Positions 1 through 9,760 of a stretch of 64,000 nucleotides of DNA are shown here, piece after piece. Each line of letters opens with the position of its first letter. Positions within the stretch are counted from its first letter, which is position 1. The notes beneath the pieces are model-generated. The model worked only from the letters and a program-made list of their open reading frames with translations. It had not been told where the DNA came from and searched no databases. The position numbers were made by a program, and so were the translations under genes. This stretch comes from Oculina patagonica (Eukaryota), in NCBI RefSeq assembly GCF_052425735.1, contig NC_135759.1:10230001-10294000 (forward strand), written 5' to 3'.

Positions 1-266
1 TTCATTTTCCATGGATTTTGTCCCCATTTTTTTAATCAATTACTCATAAATAACCTCACTATCTCTCGAACTCGGTTGCCTCGAGCTCCCATTATGTTCA
101 ACAGTTGGCAATTTCCCTAATCTGATTTTTTTCCAAATTTAGCCCCCGGTAACTCAAACTGTGATAGTTAACCGAACCCGTACTAGAGACTACGCAAACT
201 TCCCACGAATATATTTAGAACATTTTAATAACATGGTTTTTATGGGTTTTTTATTCTTTATTGCAG

Positions 267-286
267 CTGCTGGGAAAGATCTAAAG
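267..286 (+). CDS. 20-nt micro-exon of the transcobalamin-beta/DUF4430-like gene (x-A-G-K-D-L-K)
   Basis: Strong acceptor ttttttattctttattgcag| at 266 and donor aag|gtaaat at 287. Phase 1 in and phase 0 out, so it joins in frame to the exon at 6056. Confidence 0.7.
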
Positions 287-487
287 GTAAATAGTCTAGG
301 CCACGAACTATTTAATCACATTTGGGATCTACACATTGTAAACTTCCGGACCCTCCCTTTTTCAGAAGAATCTTACCTTAGAGCGAGAAAATATTAAACA
401 GCCTGTAGCGCAATACCATACAATTCATTCAGTCTATTTTGGAAAATTTGCAAATTTGAAAATGCCAGTAGATTGATTAGTTACTTA

Positions 488-658
488 CAGCAAGGCGCCC
501 AAAAGAGTGACCACTTGTAATTTATTCACATTCTTTCGTGCTGATTTAATCCAATCAAAAGCCGTGGATAGCTCTTGCAGTTGACTTCTGATTGGATTAA
601 ATCTGCACGAAAGAATGTGAATAATTTAAAAGTGGTCACTTTTTTGGGCGCCTTGCTG
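488..658. mobile_element. Palindromic MITE with TA target duplication (Tc1/mariner-type signature)
   Basis: cagcaaggcgcccaaaa...ttttgggcgccttgctg, self-complementary over most of its length; TA at 486-487 and 659-660. Confidence 0.85.
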
Positions 659-1407
659 TAAGAGCAATTCTTTCATTTAGTCAAGCAAAATGGGAAAAGA
701 AAATTTTTGACCCCACTCAAACTTTGCATGCAGTTAGATATTCAGGGGGGTGTACAAAAATAGCCTTCTTTAAGGTTGTAAACCTTTTTGTTGTCATGGC
801 AACAGCCACTGTTTGTTGGAGACTCCAAATCTGATTTTTTGCTTAGAAAATGCTACGAAATGTGCAAAATTTGAAGTGTTGATCCTAAAGCCCATTAAAA
901 CACTAGTGCTCAAGACTTGTAAGAAATAAAGAACCATCATTCTAGTTAACATTGATGTATAGGACGTTTAATTAAATTAAATTTTTAGCGACTTAATAGT
1001 CAATCAAGTAGGTACGTTTTCGGCCATTTGAGTTGATTGGTAAAACTTGCTAGACGTTTCCTTCAATTTTTCCAAAAGTACACCAGTCCCAGACCAGAGA
1101 CTAGACAGGCAGTTTACATGGATGTCATAGTTTTTAAAACTGTAAAGATCTCTGCGGGGCGGATTATCTTATTCAAAAGAAAAGTTAGTGAAAGAGCCGC
1201 ACAAAAATGGGTATTTGTGTATTTCGGCGATACCAACAGTCTGTCTATTCGCCAACAAAGTTTCTTTCAACACTAAATACGCTATCAGACCAAAAGAATA
1301 ATATATCTGTTGTGACACTGCTTGATCAAAAAGAGTCGTATTTGGCCTCTTTTTTTAAGCAATATTATCAAAGTAAGCTTACCTCGAACACCTTTTCTAG
1401 TGCGCCA

Positions 1408-1450
1408 CTTGTTGTTGTTGTTGTTGTTGTTGTTGTTATTGTTGTTGTTA
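1408..1450. repeat. (GTT)n microsatellite in the left arm of the palindrome
   Basis: About 13 GTT units with one interruption; the mirror site in the right arm (~5003-5017) has only about 4 AAC units. Confidence 0.9.
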
Positions 1451-4407
1451 TGATGGAGAAGGTTCATTCCTCGAGCATTTATATTCATCACAAATTCAGG
1501 TGCCAGTAGCTTTGCTGAACTGGCTGTCTCTACACCATCACTGATTGTAAACCAGCTAATTTCAGTATATTCACACAAACCAGACAAACGATAGCAGGCT
1601 CAGCAACTTCTCTAAGATACACTCGAGTCAGCGAGCCACGATAAGCAACCGTCCGGTTTCCGCCATAATTTTCGCTGTTTTTTCCGATAAGTTGACATCA
1701 CTCGCTCTCGAAGAAGGCAAATGCTCTTAAACCACTGGTTCACCGAAGAATCGCCAATACTTAAGGTGTTATACCCATCAATTACTCCGAATATGAAGTC
1801 AGATTGTCAGATGGTGAGAGATCGTGAGATCGTACAGAGTATTATTGGTCAGCGGTTTTGACTGAAAATGATAACTATATTATAATTTCCAAAACAATGT
1901 GTCCTATGGCTTTCTCCTGTACAAAGGTTTTCAATGACCGTACTGGATCCTTTTCATGCCTTCTTCAGAGTACTTATATTTTAAGGAAGTTTGGAAATTA
2001 ACAATTTCACACCTTGCACGAGAAATAATGTGTTTTATATCTCAGTAGAACCATTCTTGTGTTAAACCCTTTTGGCCAGAAAGGGAGGGGACATATAGCG
2101 GTGAACTACTGATTCTTTTACTTTCTCAGAAATTTATCTTTGGAAAAAAAAAAACCGTTTTGTACATGACTTGAAGTTTTCGTGGTAACTATATTTTGAT
2201 TGACATTGTTGGCCAAATTTTCTTTTTCGCTTTCCAAGATCACTTTGACATTTATTTAATAATGGATTTTGATGAGCTTTCGGGAATTCAAATCTTCTGA
2301 CCAAAGCCGACTTGAAGAATTTTGACGCAAATGTGACCGTCTTGTCAGGCCACTGTTAAATACGAACCGCTTAAAATCAAGCATTTTTGTAAACACTGTC
2401 AAGTTTCATTACCATAGTGTTCTTACATTTTGATATAACAAATGCAAACACTTTATACTTTCCATGGTGAGGTAAGCAGATAAGTCAAGAGCAATTTTGG
2501 CTTGCATTACAGTCTTCAAGTGGGAGCTTTGCAGTTGCAGCTGTTAACCTGAGAGAAATGACACATTTTGCATAAGGCTCATTTCGTCTTCCTTCACTTC
2601 TGCGACTTCACATTCCGACTCTGAAAGCTGATTTCGTTTTGCCGCAAAGCGAGAAAAGTAAGATGTAATAATTTGCTGAGGGGTTAAGAATTCCTCCAAA
2701 GAAAACAGCCTCTGATTGTTTGTATCTCTAACTTTTCTCATTTCTTTTGCTATACGGCTACTTTCTTTCCTGAATTCTCCCCTTGTAAAAACTTGCCTTC
2801 AAGAAAAATTTTCTACTTTTCGCTAAATCTGACTGGCTTTGATTTAAGAAGCATTGTGGGCTAGAAAAGAGAAATTTGAGTTTACTTCGCATTTTTTTTT
2901 CAATGTTTATCATGACTACAAACCAGAATACGTCTTTGTCCGATTATGTTGTTTTTTGACGGCTTTTATTTCGATTTTATTGGCGGTTGTTGTCCGGAGT
3001 ATTTCTTCATCATTCGCCGAGTCAGTTTAAACACGTTTTGTTTTAATTTTTGCGCCAGAAAACTACATTGCTTTCTAGATAGTAAAGTTTTAATGAAAAT
3101 GTTGGACATTCTTTGCTTTTTAGAGAAATCTCAACTATCGCTCATCTGAATTCAAAGCTGTGAAATGAAATGGTTCCAATTCTGGCGTCTCGCAAAAGTA
3201 GCGATAGCGGGGCCGTACGCTTTTCTAGTGGGGCCGTACGGCTTTTTCCGGCCCTGCTAGAGGGAGGCGTACGGCCCTCATACGGGACTTTTTTTCATAT
3301 GGTTTTCCAAGGAAATTGCGCGCGAGTCCGTACGGGTCATATGATAATTTGGCTTTCTGCTAAACGCTGCGCGTACCTCAACTTTGCCCTGTCTTGCAGG
3401 GTAACTTTTTCCAATGCCATTACATGAGCCCCATATTCACAGTGTTTCTCCATGGCAGAGTAACGCACAAACCACTTTCTGTACCCTTCTTCAGGGCAGA
3501 AGAATTAAAATCTTCTGAGTAAAAACCTCAGCCGGGCGAAAAGCAGACAACTTTTCTTGAAGGCAAGTTTTTACAAGGGGAGAATTCCGGAAAGAAAGTA
3601 TCTGGAGAAGCCGTAGCAAAAGACTTCTTAACCCCTCAGCAAATTATTACATCTTACATTTCTCGCTTTGCGGCAAAACGAAATCAGCTTTCAGAGTCGG
3701 AATGTGAAGTCGCAGAAGTTGAGCGTGCCTTACAAGACGCTAGACAAGAAATCATTACTTCTCTAGAGAAAGCTTGTCATCATGCATCCCGTTGTTCAGA
3801 GAGACCTGCGATTATGCGAGATGTCAGACGATCAATTGTCTTCGCTATACGCTTAGCAACGCTGAAAGCGATCTGAAAGGAGTTTGACTTGAAAGCTTCA
3901 GGAAGACGAAATGAGCCTTATGCAAAATGTGTCATTTCTCTCAGGTTAACAGCTGCAACTGCAAAGCTTCTGCCTACCTCACCATGGAAAGTATAAAGTG
4001 TTTGCATTTGTTATATCAAAATGTAAGAACACTATGGTAATAAACTTGACAGTGTTTACAAAAATGCTTGATTTTAAGCGGTTCGTATTTAACAGTGGCC
4101 TGACAAGACGGTCACATTAGCGTCAAAATTCTTCAAGTCGGCTTTGGTCAGAAGATTTGAATTCCCGAAAGCTCATCAAAATCCATGAATAAATAAATGT
4201 CAAAGTGATCTTGGAAAGCGAAAAAGAAAATTTGGCCAACAATGTCAATCAAAATATAGTTACCACGAAAACTTCAAGTCATGTACAAAACCGTTTTTTT
4301 TCCAAAGATAAATTTCTGAGAAAGTAAAAGAATCAGTTGTTCACCGCTATATGTCCCCTCCCTTTCTGGCCAAGAGGGTTTTTAAATCCTTTTGGTTTAA
4401 AAAGAGA

Positions 4408-4462
4408 AGAATGGTTCTACAAGAATGGTTCTACAAGAATGGTTCTACAAGAATGGTTCTAC
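4408..4462. repeat. 14-bp tandem repeat (aagaatggttctac) x ~4
   Basis: Seen directly; a single copy at the mirror position ~2045-2058. Confidence 0.9.
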
Positions 4463-6055
4463 TGAGATATAAAACACATTATTTCTCTTGCAAGGTGTGA
4501 AATTGTTAATTTCCAAACTTCCTTAAAATATAAGTACTCTGAAGAAGGCATAGAATTAAACATTTTCAATGAAAAGGATCTAGAACGGTCATTGTAAACC
4601 TTTGTACAGGAGAAAGCCATAGGACACATTGTTTTGGAAATTATAATATAGTTATCATTTTCAGTCAAAACCGCTGACCAATAATACTCTGTACGATCTC
4701 GCGATCTCTCACCATCTGACAATCTGACTTTCATATTCGGAGAAATTGATTGGTATAACACCTTAAGTATTGGCGATTCTTTCGGTGAACCAGTGGTTTA
4801 TAGCGGAAACCGGACGGTTGCTAATCGTGGCTCGCTGTAAGTTATCTTAGAGACGTTGCTGAGCCTGCTATCGTTTGTGTGAATATACTGAAATTAGCTG
4901 GTTTACAATCAGTGATGGTGTAGAGATAGCCAGTTCAGCAAAGCTACTGGCACCTGAATTTGTGATGAATATAAATGCTCGAGGAATGAACCTTTTCCAT
5001 CATAACAACAACAACAAGTGGCGCACTAGAAAAGGTGTTCGAGGTAAGCTTACTTTGATAATATTGCTTAAAAAAAGAGGCCAAATACGACTCTTTTTGA
5101 TCAAGCAGTGTCACAACAGATATTATTCTTTTGGTCTGATAGCGTTTTTAGTGTTGAAAGAAACTTTGTTGGCGAATAGACAGACTGTTACACAAATACC
5201 CATTTTTGAGGCTCGTTCGCTAACCGTTCTTGTGAATAAATTAATTCCCCCCGCAGAGATCGTTACAGTTTTAAAAACTAAGACATTCATGTAAACTGCC
5301 TGTCTATTCTCTTGTCTGGGACTTGTGTACTTTTGGAAACATTGGAGGAAACGTCTAGCAAGTTTTACCAATCAACTCAAATGGCCGAAAACGTACCTAC
5401 TTAATTGACTATTAAGTCGCTAAAAATTTAATTTAATTAAACGTCCTATACATCAATGTTAACTAGAATGATGGTTCTTTATTTCTTACAAGTCTTGAGC
5501 ACTAGTGTTTTAATGGGCTTTAGGATCAACACTTCAAATTTTGCACATTTCGTAGCATTTTCTAAGCAAAAAATCAGATTTGGAGTCTCCAACAAACAGT
5601 GGCTGTTGCCATGACAACAAAAATGTTGCAACCTTAAAGAAAGCCATTTTTGTACATCCCCCCTGAATATCTAACTGCATGCAAAGTTTGAGTGGGGGTC
5701 AAAAATTTAAATTTCCCACTATGCTTGACTCAATTAAAGAATTGCTCTTAAAAAGGATATGAATGTGGTTTTTGCTACATCAGAACAAAAAAATCTCATG
5801 CCTATATTGAGAATGAGTTTGATGAGTTTGTTCCTTCCTAGACTAGTTTTGTTTTTATTTTTTTGCGGGGGGGGGGGGAGGGGTGGGGGAAGCGGGCTTT
5901 TTAAGTCTATTTGCACTAAGACTTAAACGCATTCTCGAGCAACGATTTTTCGGACAATCAAAGCTGTACTTGGGTGTTGATGTCCGCATTTTTAATCTCT
6001 GGAAGTAAAGTCGATATAAATAACCTTTATGATGTCCTTTGCTGTCGTTCTTTAG

Positions 6056-6394
6056 ATCCGCGTCTGTGTTGAGCTTGTGTTCAATGCAACAAAGTACACC
6101 AGCGGCCGGAGTCCTCCTTTGCCTGCATGTGTCAAGGTACGCAATGGTACTAATGCACACGACATCTTGAAAATGGCCGCCACACAAGACTCCTGCTTCA
6201 ACTTCACCGCAGTCATGACGATGTGGGGACACAGCGTGTATTCCATTTGCGGGCTTGATCGAAGACCTGCTGACAAGGTCTACTGGATGATTTACATCGA
6301 CGGCAAATCGGCGCGCACTGGAATTGATTATCTGAGGCCTGGTGACGGATCCACTTTGGTGTTTGTCTACAAGCAGCTGTTTTGGCGAAAATGA
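6056..6394 (+). CDS. Terminal exon of a small protein with a transcobalamin/intrinsic-factor C-terminal beta domain (DUF4430-like), putative cobalamin binder
   Basis: Acceptor gctgtcgttctttag|ATC. Translation IRVCVELVFNA...WGHSVYSICGL...YWMIYIDGKSARTGIDYLRPGDGSTLVFVY...* matches the G-x-V-x-SI-x-G...YW...G...GI...P-x-DG...F-x-Y pattern of this domain. AATAAA at 6650-6655. Confidence 0.8.
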   Translation: MRVCVELVFNATKYTSGRSPPLPACVKVRNGTNAHDILKMAATQDSCFNFTAVMTMWGHSVYSICGLDRRPADKVYWMIYIDGKSARTGIDYLRPGDGSTLVFVYKQLFWRK

Positions 6395-7051
6395 AAGCTG
6401 CATTTAGTAGCTTCAGTTTTTTGATGGTTTTCATCAAAACTGTTCGGTTGCTTGAAAGCGACAGGAAGCACAGGACAAAAATAGAAAGAAATGTTTTGTC
6501 CATGTTATAGCGTTTTCGTCTTTTTTATAACCGAGATATTGTGAAAATAGTTTTGTAAAAACTACACAATGTAGAATGCTGCCGCCATATTGTGAATATT
6601 AGTGTCCTTCTTTGGGTCGCTAATTTGGTGGCCATAATATTGGACAGGAAATAAAGTAGATACTACTATCGATAGAATTCGGTTTCACTTCGTAGCCTAA
6701 AGCTAAATAGTACCCCTGTCACATTCCTACAGTAAAAAGTCCATCTTTTTTATGTTACCCTAGGCTGCGTGCAACCGTTTCATATTTCCTCACGCAGGCA
6801 AGGAACGTCTTCGAAATTAAACGAAACGGCGTCGCTAATCGTGTTCCAGCATCTCCTGAATGTGCATTTGATTTACCGAGGCAGTCTTAAGCAAACACTC
6901 AGAGCGCGCGCATGTATCCCCAATGTTTTCAAGTTTTGTCACACGGGAAGCATTGCTTCCAGCGTCAATTTTTGTTTCCAAGAAGCAAAATTGGCTTCTG
7001 CTACACATGGAAACATGGTAAATCGAGGAAACATTTATAGAACCCCGTTTT

Positions 7052-7457
7052 GGGGGCACTGTCACACGGATTTTAATGCTTTTTGGTAAAAAATACTAAA
7101 ATTGGCAAATAGGTCTTCTCGTACATGAAAGGCACCTAGTACATCAAGATGAAAATATACAATAAATTGTTGTTGAAGGAAGAAGGGAGCCATTTTTATT
7201 TTATGTGTTTTTCCAGTCCACAAGGACAAAACTTGAAAAAATCAGCCTGATATTTTCAAGTTGAGATCTAAAGTTTCTGATGGCAACACAATAACATTGT
7301 TTGTCAGTTCAGTACACTTGTATGGTAATTTTTAACACTTGTATGGTAATTTTTAACACTTGTATGGTAATTTTTAACAAAATTGGACCACTATTTGTAG
7401 TTTCCATATGTCTTTATGCTCTTGAGGTTTTGAAGTGAAACTGGTGACAGTGTCCCT
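7052..7457. mobile_element. TTAA-type (Kolobok-like) MITE, left end damaged, with an internal 21-bp x3 tandem repeat (7314-7376)
   Basis: TIR ggggcactgtcac / gtgacagtgtccct followed by TTAA (7458-7461). Confidence 0.65.
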
Positions 7458-7697
7458 TTAAACATAACATTTTTATTGTCAAGCAGCTATTTCTTCCAAA
7501 CTCCGTCGTTTACAATTATTTTTGCCATAATACATTGTTAAATTGGATAATCTGCGGCTTAGATCGTCGTTGCAGCTTGTTGACTAGGCCAGCTTCTTGT
7601 AGACAATGCAGTTGCTGAAATTATAAGGAATATTATTCCACTTGTCATTGATAGGAAAATTGGATACGTTATCAGCGATCTTCCTCCACTTGGCTTA

Positions 7698-7848
7698 TTG
7701 CTGGCTTGCAACTGACGTCACGGCGGCCATGTTGGGGGATAGGAACAAAGCGTTTCCCTCCACTGGGAAATGTTCATGCAAATGTTGCGAAAATTTATTT
7801 TATTGTTTTGACCCCCAACATGGCCGCTTTGTGGTTGCAAGCCAGCAA
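7698..7848. mobile_element. Short palindromic MITE with TA TSD, inserted in the lectin exon
   Basis: ttgctggcttgcaac...ggcggccatgttgg / ccaacatggccgc...gttgcaagccagcaa; TA at 7696-7697 and 7849-7850. Confidence 0.85.
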
Positions 7849-7895
7849 TAGGCGGCATTGTCATTCGGTTCACCAGGACCCCAATACGTATAGAC

Positions 7896-8210
7896 AGCAG
7901 GAGGGATTGCGGGGGGCCCGGAAGAGCGGAGGGAAAAAAATGGCGCGGAAGATAAACTGTGACTGAGCGAAAAAGAGATTCAAAAAAGTGGTGGGGGGCA
8001 AGAGAGGCGGGAGGAAAAGGAAAAAGTGGAAGGAGCCCACACGAGGATAAACAAAGGAGGAGAGGACGGACAGGGACGAGCAGACCAGCGGAGAGGGAGG
8101 AGCGAAGAAGGCAAAGGAGGGGAAGGGAAGAGAGCGAGGACGAGGGGCAGAGGGGGGGGGGGAGAAGACACGGAGGCACGAGAGCGCCGACGGCGCAAAG
8201 CCCTCCTGCT
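7896..8210. mobile_element. Purine-rich MITE with 9-bp TSD (Mutator-like signature), inserted in the lectin exon
   Basis: TIR agcaggagggattgcg / cgcaaagccctcctgct; perfect TSD cgtatagac at 7887-7895 and 8211-8219. Confidence 0.85.
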
Positions 8211-8644
8211 CGTATAGACTGGAACCGAGTTATCACACCAGAACCAGTCCGCTGCGCTTGAATCCCAGGTCATGAAGCTTGCTGTCTCACGAGACTCAGG
8301 ACAAACTCGTTTTCTTCAAAAAAGAAAATTAAAAACCCAATTGAGATCGACAAGTTTTGCCGAACCATCGAAGTATGAAATTGTATGCCAATAGTTTGAC
8401 GACGCCGCAGGAAACAAATGAATCGCGGTTGAACTTTTAGGTTAATGCTCACAGATTTGAGCAACTATCCAAATCGGAATAAAAGTTAGTTTTTTCATTG
8501 ACTTTCAATTTACCATTTTTCTGTTTATTTAATCTGTTTAACAGTGCTTCGTGGCTACGGAAACTTTATCGTGAAATCATAACAACTTAGCTCACGGGTA
8601 GCAGCATTGCTCACACTAAGTGTACTGAATTCTTGTGTTATTTT

Positions 8645-8815
8645 ATAGAACAAATAGATTCCATTTTGCCGTGGATCTGTTCAGTTATAGATCACAGAAG
8701 ACGTCAAAATGTGGTATGAACATCAGTGACTCACTAGCCTAGCGGTTCGTGGGCCACTTTTCTGTTCATACCACATTTTGACGTCATCTGTGATCATCTG
8801 TGATCTATGAAACAG
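8645..8815. mobile_element. Palindromic MITE-like repeat
   Basis: Inverted arms atagatcacagaagacgtcaaaatgtggtatgaac / gttcataccacattttgacgtcatctgtgatc. Confidence 0.7.
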
Positions 8816-9067
8816 AAGACAACAAACTTTCGAAGAACTCACGATAAGATGAATTTGAAAATCTGCTTGTCAATAAAATTGGAGGCAAGAAATTTGTTCA
8901 ATTAATTTTACAATTTTCCTAGTAGTGCTTTATTCTAACCAGTTAATGTTTAATTGTATGCATATATCTTTGGAGGAAAGTTCTTCTGAACAATTACATA
9001 AGTAAGCGGCCGATATTTTCTTATTTCCTAAATTGTCAAGTCCACGTTTGGGTTGTGCGAAACTCCT

Positions 9068-9258
9068 GAGCCCCTCCCAGTGGTTTCAGGGAACAAGGGA
9101 ACATGCATGGACATAAAATAATTGGGAACAAGGGAACAAAATCTCTGTTTCTGATATTTTAGGGAACAGGGATCACAAAAATTGACAAAACTTAAGGGAA
9201 CAAAGGAACACAAGGAAAGTTTTTGGGGAGCAGGGATCCCCCACCCTGGGATGGCCTC
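9068..9258. mobile_element. Small TIR element with internal gggaacaa repeats
   Basis: Termini gagcccctcccag / ctgggatggcctc; flanking direct repeat actcct at 9062-9067 and 9259-9264. Confidence 0.7.
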
Positions 9259-9760
9259 ACTCCTCTCCGTCAATGTCTGTGGGTGTGGCTTTGATCGACA
9301 TTATTACAACTAATTTAAGTGATTAGTTGACCAGTCCACTTCAGTTTTTTTTCGTTTTTTGTTCCCTTAGCATATTTAAAGTAATTTTGTATGAGAGAAG
9401 GTTTAAACCTTCAAACACTGAGGAGCATTCGCCATCTTTTTCCGGTGTCTTACAGAATCCTTTGCAGTAATACCACTTTAATTGTAAAATGAAAGGGATA
9501 ACCACAGACGTTTCCATTGATGACTGATTATTTTTGGCCTTTTGGCAAAATCAACATATCGTCTTTCGTCTGCCTCGGGTGGGAAATAGCCGTGGAAACG
9601 AAATCCCATGGGCAAATTCTCGTGTAAAAGTGCGAAAGAAATTTCTCGTAAGTATAACGGCGTTTTGCGTTTGCACTTACTGGATCTCACTTCAAAGAGA
9701 GAAACTGCGCCCCAGGATATGCCTCTGTTTGGTAGATAACCAGTGACTTGCATATTTCAG

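Larger units (their letters stand above)
662..5747. mobile_element. Non-autonomous Sola3-type DNA transposon derivative forming a ~5.1-kb palindrome
   Basis: Termini GAGCAATTC...GAATTGCTC. TTAA at 5748-5751; the left TTAA is restored once the 488-658 MITE is removed. Arms ~662-2823 and ~3536-5747 are inverted near-copies. Transposase C-terminal remnants in both arms (KFLQGENSGKKV...LTPQQI-TSYFSRFAAKR) and FFCPEEG...EKHCEYGAH...LEKVTLQDRAKLRY on the minus strand at ~3350-3510. GAG...CTC ends, TTAA TSD and long TIRs are the Sola3 signature. Confidence 0.75.
7584..8370 (-). pseudogene. C-type lectin (perlucin-like, EPN-type) pseudogene
   Basis: After removing two insertions the minus strand reads AKLVDLN...EENEFVLSLVRQQAS / TWDSSAADWFWCDNSVPVYTYWGPGEPNDNAA*AKW...DKWNNIPYNFSNCIVYKKLA*. 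EPN and WN(D/N) lectin motifs are present, with frameshifts, stops and lost cysteines. AATAAA on the minus strand at 7472-7477. Confidence 0.8.

Noticed and set aside
1037-1587. ORFs with poly-V/poly-N runs and their mirror ORFs at 4875-5371
   Set aside because: They arise from the GTT microsatellite and the palindrome arms; not genes.
7550-7570. Plus-strand peptide ICGLDRR identical to part of the DUF4430 exon
   Set aside because: There is no similarity on either side, and the stretch is the 3' UTR of the antisense lectin pseudogene; treated as chance.
7718-8273. Arg/Gly-rich and Leu/Pro/Ser-rich ORFs
   Set aside because: They read through a purine-rich MITE; only the lectin fragments at their edges are meaningful.
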